From an uncultured Bifidobacteriaceae bacterium (GTDB lineage Bacteria > Acidobacteriota > Vicinamibacteria > Vicinamibacterales > JAENWD01), in the NCBI GenBank assembly GCA_964446605.1, contig CAYUPN010000004.1, positions 8,122-72,121 of the forward strand: 64,000 nt of DNA, in the 5' to 3' direction. Under the pieces are notes generated by a model that was given only the letters and a program-made list of their open reading frames with translations, was not told where the DNA came from and ran no database searches. The position numbers were made by a program, and so were the translations under genes. Shown one piece after another: positions 10,738 through 18,651 of this stretch (positions are counted from its first letter, which is position 1; every line of letters begins with the position of its first letter).

Positions 10738-10770
10738 CCGGCCCCATCGGCCGACAGGCCTCGGGGCCGG
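10738..10770 (+). terminator. GC-rich hairpin after csp (CCGGCCCC...GGGGCCGG)
   Basis: 8-bp perfect stem starting 17 nt after the csp stop. No U-tract follows. Confidence 0.4.
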
Positions 10771-10827
10771 ACCGGGTCCCCCGGTTCCGCAGATCCCTCC
10801 CGCGATTCAGATTTCCTCACACAACAC

Positions 10828-10922
10828 GGAAGCGAACGGGGCCCGGTGGCCCTCCCGGTCTTCAAAATCGGCTGCTCCCTGCCTGCAGGGAGGCTGGGTT
10901 CGACTCCCAGGCGCTTCCGCCA
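10828..10922 (+). tRNA. selC: tRNA-Sec (anticodon UCA), CCA encoded
   Basis: 95 nt. Acceptor GGAAGCG(A)/GCGCTTCC. 6-bp D-stem GGGGCC/GGCCCT with a 4-nt loop. Anticodon loop CTTCAAA with TCA at 10862-10864. Long variable arm CTCCCT/AGGGAG. T-arm CTGGG-TTCGACT-CCCAG. Confidence 0.9.
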
Positions 10923-10958
10923 CGTGCGTCCGCGCGCGGCGCGGCGCATTCGCACGCA

Positions 10959-11645
10959 TCAGCGCAGGTACGGCCGCACGATCCCCGTCCAGAGCTCGTA
11001 CCCGTTCGCGTTCATGTGCAGGCGGTCGTCGACGTACAGTCCGGGCGTCGGACGCCCGTCCTGACCCAGCATGTGCGGCACGACGTCGATGAACGACAGC
11101 TTCGGATCGGTCGTCGTGAACTGGCGTACCAGCTCGTTCGCCGTCGTGAACTGCGGCATCAGGGACCAGCGCGCCTCGTTCGGCGCGATGGCGATGAACG
11201 CCACGCGCGTCTCCGGGAGCGCGCGGCGGACGAGCCCGACGAACGCCCGGAAGTCCGCGGCCACCTGCTCCGGCGGTTCACCCGCGGCGATGTCGTTCGA
11301 ACCCGCGTAGAGCACGATCTGCCGCGGCCGGTACGGCAGGACGATGCGGTCGAAGAAGTGGACGGCATCCGACAGCTGCGAGCCGCCGAAGCCGCGGTTG
11401 ATCACGGGCCGCTCGGGGAAATCCGACGCAAGCGTCGTCCACAGACGGATGCTGGAGCTCCCGATGAACAGGATGGCGCCGCGTGGAGGCGGGGCCGTCC
11501 TGTCCGCCTCCTCGAAGGCGCGGATGTCGGCTTCCCATCGGGCGGGATCGCCGGGTGCGAACGCCTGCTGCCCTGCACCGGGCTGTCCGGCGACGAGCAG
11601 CAGGAGAACGAGGAGCATCGAAGGCGCAGCAATCGGATGTCTCAT
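10959..11645 (-). CDS. secreted SGNH/GDSL-type hydrolase
   Basis: Signal peptide, then blocks FIGSSS, GFGGSQ and YAGSNDI. Confidence 0.72.
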   Translation of the reverse strand: MRHPIAAPSMLLVLLLLVAGQPGAGQQAFAPGDPARWEADIRAFEEADRTAPPPRGAILFIGSSSIRLWTTLASDFPERPVINRGFGGSQLSDAVHFFDRIVLPYRPRQIVLYAGSNDIAAGEPPEQVAADFRAFVGLVRRALPETRVAFIAIAPNEARWSLMPQFTTANELVRQFTTTDPKLSFIDVVPHMLGQDGRPTPGLYVDDRLHMNANGYELWTGIVRPYLR

Positions 11646-11720
11646 GTGTCCCAGTCACTCGCGGGAGTCCGCCCGTCCACGGCAGACACCGTCGGATGAC
11701 GTCTCCGCCATGTACCCGGT

Positions 11721-12446
11721 TCAGTCGAGCAGTGCACGCAGCGCGTCGAGCGTGCGCGGCGTGTCCGAGAGATCCTCGAGCACGAGATCCGCGCCGGCCC
11801 GCTCCAGCGCCGCCGCATCGTGGATCCCCGTCGCGACGGCGAGGCACCGTGCCCCGTGCGCGTGCGCGCACGCGACGTCTCGCGGCGTGTCGCCGATCAC
11901 GACGATCCGGCTGCCCTCGACGTGCGGCGGCAGCCCGCAGGCGCGCGCGCGATCGAGCGCGACCGGCACGAGCCGGTTGCGGTCCGCATGGTCGTCGCCG
12001 AAGGCGCCGCAGCGGAAGTAGTCCCACAGCCCGAAGTGCGACAGCTTCACCTCGGCGGCTTCGGGGTAGTTCCCGGTCAGCAGGCCGAGGAAGGCCGCCG
12101 GCATGGGACGGAGCGATTCGAGCAGCGGGGATACGCCGGGGAGCACGCCGACGCGCGGTCCCGCCGGCGTCCGCGGCACCTCCGCCTGGAGGCACGCGAG
12201 ATAGCGCTCCCGGAAGGCCGAGGCGGCCCCGGCTTCCGGTGAGAGGCCATGACGGGCCATCGCGTCGGCGAGGATGCTGCTGTCGGTGCGCCCCGCGACC
12301 TCGATGCCGTCGAGCGCGTCCGGCACGCCGAACACCTCCAGGAACGCGCGGTTCATGGCGCGGATGCCGGCGCCGCCCGTGAGGATGAGCGTGCCGTCGA
12401 TGTCGAAGAGCAGCAGAGCTTCGGATGGGATGATCGGCGCAGTCAT
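11721..12446 (-). CDS. HAD-family hydrolase (phosphoglycolate phosphatase-like)
   Basis: Motifs LLFDIDGTL and VIGDTPRDV. Confidence 0.78.
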   Translation of the reverse strand: MTAPIIPSEALLLFDIDGTLILTGGAGIRAMNRAFLEVFGVPDALDGIEVAGRTDSSILADAMARHGLSPEAGAASAFRERYLACLQAEVPRTPAGPRVGVLPGVSPLLESLRPMPAAFLGLLTGNYPEAAEVKLSHFGLWDYFRCGAFGDDHADRNRLVPVALDRARACGLPPHVEGSRIVVIGDTPRDVACAHAHGARCLAVATGIHDAAALERAGADLVLEDLSDTPRTLDALRALLD

Positions 12447-12494
12447 TCGTTGGAGCTACAATCAGCAGATATCAGTCTACTGGAGGCACACCAC

Positions 12495-13055
12495 ATGCGT
12501 ATGACGGGTCTGGTGGTCGCGGCGGCACTTGCGTGCGCGGCCAGCGTGAGTGCCCAGCACGCCGGCCACGGCGCGCAGGGCACGCCGGTGGCGAAGGCCG
12601 TCGCCGAAATCAAGGGCGAAGGCGTCACCGGAACGGCGACCTTCACCGAATTCAAGCACGACACCGGCAACGTCGTGCAGATCGAGCTGAAGGCATCCGG
12701 GCTCAAGCCCGGGCTGCACGGCATCCATCTGCACGCCGTCGGCAAGTGCGAGCCGCCGTTCACGTCGGCGGGGGGACACTTCGATCCCGGCCCGGCGAGC
12801 AATACCGACCCCGACGCCAATCACCCGTTCCACATGGGCGACCTGCCGAACCTGCGGGTGGGCGACGACGGCTCCGGCAGTCTGACGGCGGTGACGACCC
12901 GCGTGACCCTGACGGACAGCCCGATCACCGTGTTCGATCAGGACGGGACCGCCATCATCGTCCACGCCAACCCCGATCAGGGGATCACGGGCGAGCCCAA
13001 GTCGGGCGTGAGCGGCGGCCCGCGCGCGGCCTGCGGCGTCCTGAAGAAGCAGTAG
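12495..13055 (+). CDS. sodC: periplasmic Cu/Zn superoxide dismutase
   Basis: Internal ATG 12495 preceded by TGGAGG. Signal peptide. Motifs HGIHLHAVGKCE, GGHFDP, HMGDLPNL and IVHANPD. Confidence 0.9.
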   Translation: MRMTGLVVAAALACAASVSAQHAGHGAQGTPVAKAVAEIKGEGVTGTATFTEFKHDTGNVVQIELKASGLKPGLHGIHLHAVGKCEPPFTSAGGHFDPGPASNTDPDANHPFHMGDLPNLRVGDDGSGSLTAVTTRVTLTDSPITVFDQDGTAIIVHANPDQGITGEPKSGVSGGPRAACGVLKKQ

Positions 13056-13066
13056 CGCCCGTCGAT

Positions 13067-13097
13067 GCGGCGGCCGCCCCAGGGGGACGGCCGCCGC
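13067..13097. terminator. bidirectional hairpin between convergent sodC and the nrfH-like ORF
   Basis: 10-bp perfect stem GCGGCGGCCG / CGGCCGCCGC. The 11-nt loop can pair further (CCCC/GGGG). Confidence 0.55.
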
Positions 13098-13098
13098 G

Positions 13099-13293
13099 TC
13101 ATCGCTCCGCCACGTCGCCGCGCAGCGCGATCTGGCCCTGGCGGGTCTGATCGATGTGGCCGTTGGCGCACGCGGCCGGATTGTCGGTCAGGTACGACGC
13201 GCCGCGCGCAGAGACGAAGGTGTACCCGCCGATGCCGGCCGCGACGCCGACCAGCACGGCGAGCAGGAGCTCGGCCCAGCGCATGTGCGGCAC
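13099..13293 (-). pseudogene. NrfH/NapC/NirT-family N-terminal remnant (TM anchor plus a degenerate first haem motif)
   Basis: 64 codons. GASYLTDNPAACANGHI matches the family N-terminus (..SYLS.DP.AC.NCH.M) but has CANGH instead of CxxCH. It stops about 20 residues later, whereas full-length family members carry four haem motifs. Confidence 0.45.
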
Positions 13294-13324
13294 ACCATCT
13301 CACCGGCGGCGGACGCCAGGCGCG

Positions 13325-13771
13325 TCACCGGGCCGGAGGCGGCTGCTCATGGCGGCGTGCCGCGGTCTTCAGCTGCAGGGATTCGATGTACTTGACCAGG
13401 GCGTCGATGCGGGCCTTCACATCGGCCTCCGTCGCGCCACGCCCGACCTTGAACACGTCGCCCCATACCGGCATCTCGGGCCCGCCATGCCCCGGCAGCG
13501 GATTGCGGCCGTCGATGATGCGCGCGACCATCGCGGACGGGTACACGCCGCCGTTGCGCTGCGCATAGCGCGTCAGCTCGGGCGGGGCCTTCTTCATCTG
13601 GTCGGCCAGCGGCCCGTCTCCGCGTGCCGCACGCCCGTGGCACACCGCGCAATACGTCCGGTACAGGTAGCTGCCAGAGTACCGGGGAGACTCCGTGCGC
13701 CCCTCCTGGCCCGCCGCCGGCTGCACCGCGAGCAGCCCCGCCGCGAACGTCAACACCAGCGTCATCCGCAT
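13325..13771 (-). CDS. class I c-type cytochrome (monohaem), exported
   Basis: ATG 13771 preceded by GGAGGG. Signal peptide. CAVCHG haem motif and a distal PEMPVW Met. Confidence 0.8.
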   Translation of the reverse strand: MRMTLVLTFAAGLLAVQPAAGQEGRTESPRYSGSYLYRTYCAVCHGRAARGDGPLADQMKKAPPELTRYAQRNGGVYPSAMVARIIDGRNPLPGHGGPEMPVWGDVFKVGRGATEADVKARIDALVKYIESLQLKTAARRHEQPPPAR

Positions 13772-13808
13772 GCGTCCCTCCTGTCCGTTGCACGGGCGGA
13801 CATGCCCG

Positions 13809-14753
13809 TCACGCGCCAGCCGTTCCGCCCTCCGGAGCTGAAGCCGCGCCGGCATCCGGAGAGAACACGGGCGGCAACGCGAGCACGAGCGTCCGCGTCA
13901 GCGTCAGGACGCGATAGGTCACCGAACCCATGCGGGGCCCGCCGCCCGGCGACGCGTGCAGCCCCATCACGATCAGCCCCGCGTTCCGCTCCCGCGCGAG
14001 CCGCGCCAGCTCCTCGGCGGGGTCGCCGAACACGGAGGCGACTTCCGCCTCGACCCCTGGCCGCATCGCGGCCGCCAACGTCTCGAGCTCCGACTCGGCG
14101 CGGCTGCGGCGCTGCCGCTCGACGTCCGAGAGCGCGCTCTCGGGAGAACCCGGGAACCGGACCGGCGCCGTGACGTGCGCGAGCAGAATCGGCACCCCGA
14201 GCGCCTCGGCCAGCCCCCGCGCGACGCGGACCTGCCGCGGCGTGGCCGGCGACAGATCGACCGGCACGAGAATGCGGCCGATTGCCGCCGCGGCGCGCTC
14301 GAGCGTCACCGGTCCCGGATCCTCCGGCGGCGTCACGAGCACCGGGACGTGCGTCTCCCGCAGCACGCGCTCGGTCGTCGCGCCGAAGAACATCTTGCGG
14401 ATGCCGGTCAGCCCCTGGCTGCTCATGACGATGAGGTCGTGGCGCCGCTCGGCGGCGACCCGCAGGATCTCCGGAGCCGGCTTGCCGGTCTCGATCAGCA
14501 GCTCGACGTCGTCCACGGGCCGCTTGGCGCCGAAGGTATCGTCGACGAACCGCTGCAGCTCCTGCCGGCTGTCCTCGGGCAGCCAGTTGCGTCCGAGACG
14601 GATGGCCGCGGCATCCGCGACGAGCGGGTCGTTGACGGTGAGCACGCTCAACTTCGCCTGGAAATGCTGCGCGATCGCCGCTCCGTACCGGAGCGCGCCG
14701 CGGGAGGCGGTGGAGAAATCGACGGGGCAGAGCACGGACGGGCGGAACACCAT
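13809..14753 (-). CDS. tandem universal stress protein (two UspA domains)
   Basis: ATG 14753 with GGAG upstream. Two repeats of the Usp pattern (ILCPVDFS..., DLIVMSSQG / GLIVMGLH). Confidence 0.82.
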   Translation of the reverse strand: MVFRPSVLCPVDFSTASRGALRYGAAIAQHFQAKLSVLTVNDPLVADAAAIRLGRNWLPEDSRQELQRFVDDTFGAKRPVDDVELLIETGKPAPEILRVAAERRHDLIVMSSQGLTGIRKMFFGATTERVLRETHVPVLVTPPEDPGPVTLERAAAAIGRILVPVDLSPATPRQVRVARGLAEALGVPILLAHVTAPVRFPGSPESALSDVERQRRSRAESELETLAAAMRPGVEAEVASVFGDPAEELARLARERNAGLIVMGLHASPGGGPRMGSVTYRVLTLTRTLVLALPPVFSPDAGAASAPEGGTAGA

Positions 14754-14886
14754 GGATGACTCCGGTGCCGGCGTCGGACCGTGGGTCGGCCCTGCGTTCC
14801 GGCTTCGCTGATCGTGTCGTCGGAGAACGGGAGCCGTCAACCAGGACGCTGCCGCCGCGGTTCGGCCGGCTTCCTGCGGGCGTGCG

Positions 14887-15438
14887 TCAGCCGGTGAGCC
14901 TCCCGATGAAATGCCCGGCGTAATAGGCGACGAACGCCACGACGGTGCCGAGCCCGAGCATCTCGAGCCCGCTCCGCCACCAGCGTTCCTCCGTCACCGC
15001 GGCGCGCATCGATCCGACCACGAAGAGCGTCGCCAGCGTCGCGGCCAGCGCGGCCTCGAAGCGCCAGTCCAGCGGCGTGTACAGCACGTAGGGCACCAGC
15101 GGCACGGACCCGGCCACGACGAACGCGACGAAGGTCGCGCCGCCGTGCCGGAACGGGTACGGCTCGCGCACGGGCAGCCCCTGTGCACGTCGCACGCCCT
15201 CGCTCGATCGGATGCTGTGGTAGTTGCCGACCGCCATCGACAGCCCGTCGGCCAGCAGGTTGGCCACGCCGACCGCGAGCACGGTCCGCTCGCTCAACGA
15301 CGCGCCGGCCACGCCGGCGACGACCGCGAAGGTCGTGATGATGCCGTCGCTGGCGCCGTACACCAGGTCGCCGAGGTAGTGCTGCACGACCGCGCGCGCG
15401 CCGCGCGGCTCGTGCCGGGGATTCACGAGACTCGCCAT
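14887..15438 (-). CDS. VIT1/CCC1-family iron/manganese transporter
   Basis: Motif LGDLVYGASDGIITTFAVVAGVAGA plus C-terminal TM helices. GGGAGG Shine-Dalgarno. Confidence 0.8.
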   Translation of the reverse strand: MASLVNPRHEPRGARAVVQHYLGDLVYGASDGIITTFAVVAGVAGASLSERTVLAVGVANLLADGLSMAVGNYHSIRSSEGVRRAQGLPVREPYPFRHGGATFVAFVVAGSVPLVPYVLYTPLDWRFEAALAATLATLFVVGSMRAAVTEERWWRSGLEMLGLGTVVAFVAYYAGHFIGRLTG

Positions 15439-15513
15439 GCCGCCTCCCGGCGGCAGTATGCCCTACCGGGCGTCGGCGAACCACCGCGCCCCGGACCAGC
15501 CGGCTCGGTGCGC

Positions 15514-16872
15514 TCAGCGGGCCCCGGACGGCACCTCGTCGACCAGGGCGCGCAGCTTCGGCAGGCTCTCGGGGAAGTTGCGCTGCAGGAACTGCACGAG
15601 CTTCTCCCTGACCTCGCAACGCAGATCCCAGGCCGACGACGCGTCCCGGGCGCTCGCGAGCGCGCGGATCTCGAGCGTGTGCGGCTTGGCGTCGGTCACC
15701 TGCAGCACGTTCACCTTGCCGTCCCAGTGCCGCGACCCTTCGAGAATCCGCGTCAGCTCCGCCCGGAGCGCGTCGAGCGGGACGCTGTAGTCCACGTGCA
15801 GGAACACGGTGCCGAGGATGTCGGCGGAGCGCCGGGTCCAGTTCTGGAACGGCTGTTCGATGAAGTACGTGATCGGCAGCACGAGCCGCCGCAGGTCCCA
15901 GATGCGCACGACCACGTAGGTCAGCGTGATGTCCTCGATCCGGCCCCACTCGTTCTCGACGATCACGACGTCGTCCACGCGGATGGGCTGCGTCAGCGCG
16001 ATCTGGAAGCCGGCGAGCAGGGTGGCGATGCTGCGCTGCGCCGCGAAGCCGATGATGATGCCGGCGACGCCGGCGGAGGCGAGGATGCTGGCGCCGAACT
16101 GGCGCACCGACTCGAAGACCATCAGCATCGACGCGATCGTGAACACGCCAATCACCGCGATGGCCACCTTCTTCAGCACCAGGACCTGGGTGTGGATCGC
16201 ACGCGCGCGGAGGTTGTCCGCGACGTCCACCCGGTGCTGCCGCAGCACGAACGCGGCGGCGACATCGACGAGCTGGTACAGGACGAACGCCACCATGCCG
16301 ATGAGCAGGAGGCTGGCGGCGTTCCGCACGATCTGCGCCTGCGCCGGCGAGATGGCGAGGACGGGCGTGGCGAGCAGGAGCGCGAGCACCGGGAGCAGCC
16401 GCCGTGCCGTCCGGCCCGCAAAGCCGAGCAGCACGTCGTCCCACGTGCTGTCGGTGCGTGCGGCCACCGACGCGAGAAACGCCTCGATCAGGCGCCCGAC
16501 GCGCGCCAGCAGCCAGACGACTGACGCGACCACGGCCAGCCCGTACGCCCACTCGAGCGCGGTGCGCGCGCGGCCGCCCGTCTCGCCCGCCAGCCACTCC
16601 CCGACGACCACGCCGAGGGCGTAGTACAGCCCGTGGACCCAGAGCAGGAGCGCAAGCGGCGGCACGATGTCGCGGAGCCCGCGCGAGATCCAGCGGCGGA
16701 TTCGCGCAGCATCCGTCTCGAGCGGCGTGCCGGGCTCGGCCTCGGTCTGGCTCGCCTTGCGACGGAGCCACCAGCGCAGCAGCACGTGCGCGATCGCGGC
16801 CGCGGCCAGCACCGCCGCGACGGCGGCGAGGGGGGACATCTGCAGCTGCAGGAACGAAGCGTTGGACTGCAC
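15514..16872 (-). CDS. mechanosensitive ion channel (MscS family)
   Basis: Multiple N-terminal TM helices, then IALTQPIRVDDVVIVENEWGRIEDITLTYVVVRIWDLRRLVLPITYF. Confidence 0.85.
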   Translation of the reverse strand: MQSNASFLQLQMSPLAAVAAVLAAAAIAHVLLRWWLRRKASQTEAEPGTPLETDAARIRRWISRGLRDIVPPLALLLWVHGLYYALGVVVGEWLAGETGGRARTALEWAYGLAVVASVVWLLARVGRLIEAFLASVAARTDSTWDDVLLGFAGRTARRLLPVLALLLATPVLAISPAQAQIVRNAASLLLIGMVAFVLYQLVDVAAAFVLRQHRVDVADNLRARAIHTQVLVLKKVAIAVIGVFTIASMLMVFESVRQFGASILASAGVAGIIIGFAAQRSIATLLAGFQIALTQPIRVDDVVIVENEWGRIEDITLTYVVVRIWDLRRLVLPITYFIEQPFQNWTRRSADILGTVFLHVDYSVPLDALRAELTRILEGSRHWDGKVNVLQVTDAKPHTLEIRALASARDASSAWDLRCEVREKLVQFLQRNFPESLPKLRALVDEVPSGAR

Positions 16873-16953
16873 GGTGCTGTACTCCTCGGGGACCCGCCAT
16901 CCGGCGCCGCCGGATCACGGGAATCGTTTGTGTACAAGATATCGCAGCTGATC

Positions 16954-17037
16954 AGGGGCCAGGGGCCAGGGGCCAGGGGCCAGGGGCCAGGGGCCAGAGG
17001 CCAGGGGCCAGGGGCCAGGGGCCAGGGGCCAGGATCA
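16954..17037. repeat. tandem heptanucleotide array, (AGGGGCC) x11 plus one degenerate unit
   Basis: Six perfect units, one AGAGGCC unit, four perfect units, then AGGATCA. Bracketed by GATCAGG on both sides. Lies in the non-coding gap between stop 17103 and start 16872. Confidence 0.95.
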
Positions 17038-17102
17038 GGCGCGCCGCCGGCGGCGTCCGGTGGCTGGCCTCCGGGCCACGAATCGCCGCTCCGGCATCCG
17101 CC

Positions 17103-17807
17103 CTAGCGCCGCGTGAGCCTGCGCCACCAGCGGTCTTCGACGAGATCGCCGGTGGCGGCATTGAGACGTGCGACGCGGTCGACGAACGGACGGGCGTGGG
17201 CGGTATCGGCGGCGAGCACGACGACGGCGATGCCCCGCGCGGCGGCCGCACGGCGGAGATCCGCTGCAAGCGGCGCGACGTCCGCATCGTCCAGCCCGGC
17301 GCGCGGATGTTCGACGAGCAGGACGGAGGGCGCCGCGGCCAGCGAGCGCGCGAGGCGGACGCGGTGCCGCGCCGCGGTCGGCAGTCCCGCCACGGGCCGG
17401 TCGACCTCGTCGAGTCCGGCGTCGCGGGCGAGCGCGACGGCCTGGCCCCGCGCGTCGTCAGGCAGCCGCCCGAGCTCCAGCGTCAGCGCCATGGCGACGT
17501 TCTGCACGATCGAATACTGGTCGAGCAGCACGATCCGCTCGGAGACGATGCCGAAGCGGTCGACCTGCCGGAGCCACTCGTCGCTGTCCGTGATGTCCGC
17601 GGTGGCGCGCCCGAACACGCGAACCTGCCCGGTCTCGGGCAGCGTCGAGCCGGTCACGAGATTCACGAAGACCTCCGCGGTCGTCGCGTCGAAGCCGGCG
17701 AGCCCCACCTGCTCTCCCGCGGCGATCGAGAGCTGGCGGATTCGGAGCGGGCGCAGCCCGCCGTACATCTTCGAGACGTCGCTCAGCTCGATGACGGGAT
17801 CAGCCAC
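17103..17807 (-). CDS. ABC-ATPase-fold protein with degenerate catalytic motifs
   Basis: ABC-like order of blocks, but Walker A is GLAGFDATT, the signature is LPTAARHRV, Walker B is VLLVEHP, and there is no H-loop His. GTG 17807 overlaps the PHP stop by 8 nt. The alternative ATG 17867 would overlap by 68 nt. Confidence 0.6.
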   Translation of the reverse strand: MADPVIELSDVSKMYGGLRPLRIRQLSIAAGEQVGLAGFDATTAEVFVNLVTGSTLPETGQVRVFGRATADITDSDEWLRQVDRFGIVSERIVLLDQYSIVQNVAMALTLELGRLPDDARGQAVALARDAGLDEVDRPVAGLPTAARHRVRLARSLAAAPSVLLVEHPRAGLDDADVAPLAADLRRAAAARGIAVVVLAADTAHARPFVDRVARLNAATGDLVEDRWWRRLTRR

Positions 17808-18651
17808 GCCGGGCGACCGCCGCCGCCTCGAGGCGCTCGAAATCGGCCGGCGGAAGCGTGACCGCACCGAGCCGGCGCCGGCGCTCGACCGGCCTGCCTC
17901 GTGCCTCGTCCTCGCCGTGGAAGTCCGATCCGCCCGTCACCAGCAACCCGAGCTCGCGCGCGCGGGCGAGATAACGGTCCGTGTCTTCGGGACTGTGGTC
18001 GCTGTGATACGCCTCCAGCGCGTCCAGGCCCGCCTCCGCCCATGCCGCAATCCCATCGTCGCGCTTCGTGACGGCCGGGTGGGCGAGGGAGGCGAGGCCG
18101 CCGGCGTCGCGAATCGTCGCGATCACCTGGGGTACCGATGGGCCGCTGCGGGGCACGAAGGCGGGACGCCCCGGCAGGAGCCACTCGTCGAAGGCGTGCT
18201 GGCGGTTGGCCGCGTGGCCGGCCCGGACCAGCGCGTCGGCGACGGCCGGACGGCCGATCGAGCGGCCCGGCTGGACGAGGGCGTCCTTCAGCAGCCGCTG
18301 GAGGTCGATCGCGCGGCCGAGCTGCTCGAGCCGGTCGGCGATCGCGCGGACGCGCTCGATTCGTCCGGCACGCGCCTTCGCGAGAAAGCGCGCGAGCTCC
18401 GGGGCGGTCGGCGTGACGAAGTAGCCGAGCACGTGCACGTCGCGCTGCGATTCGACCGCGGTGATCTCGATGCCTTCGATGAGGCGGATGCCCCAGGCGC
18501 TCATCGCCTGGCGCGCCGGGGCCAGTGCGGCGGTCGTGTCGTGATCGGTGACCGCCATCGTCCGCACGCCGGCTTCCCACGCGGCGCGCGCCAGCGCGTC
18601 GGGGGCCAGCCGGCCGTCCGAGGCTGTCGTATGGGTATGGAGATCGATCAC
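17800..18651 (-). CDS. PHP-domain metal-dependent phosphoesterase (TrpH/YciV-like)
   Basis: MIDLHTHTTASDGRL, VTDHDT and SDFHG motifs. The start overlaps the upstream stop (ATGA). Confidence 0.85.
   Translation of the reverse strand: MIDLHTHTTASDGRLAPDALARAAWEAGVRTMAVTDHDTTAALAPARQAMSAWGIRLIEGIEITAVESQRDVHVLGYFVTPTAPELARFLAKARAGRIERVRAIADRLEQLGRAIDLQRLLKDALVQPGRSIGRPAVADALVRAGHAANRQHAFDEWLLPGRPAFVPRSGPSVPQVIATIRDAGGLASLAHPAVTKRDDGIAAWAEAGLDALEAYHSDHSPEDTDRYLARARELGLLVTGGSDFHGEDEARGRPVERRRRLGAVTLPPADFERLEAAAVARRG

Noticed and set aside
10923-13300. A genomic island integrated at the tRNA-Sec 3' end.
   Set aside because: The downstream genes (SGNH hydrolase, HAD, SodC) have the same GC and codon style as the rest of the window. 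There is no integrase, and I could not see a duplicated copy of the tRNA 3' end that would mark an att site. My repeat search was by eye only.
16633-17106. A repetitive GQGPGAR (and, antisense, PGPWPLA) peptide that could look like a collagen-like or low-complexity repeat protein.
   Set aside because: The repeat comes from a 7-nt DNA unit, and three units make 21 nt. Both flanks of the ORFs are compositional junk, there is no start context, and the region is the gap between two well-supported minus-strand genes.
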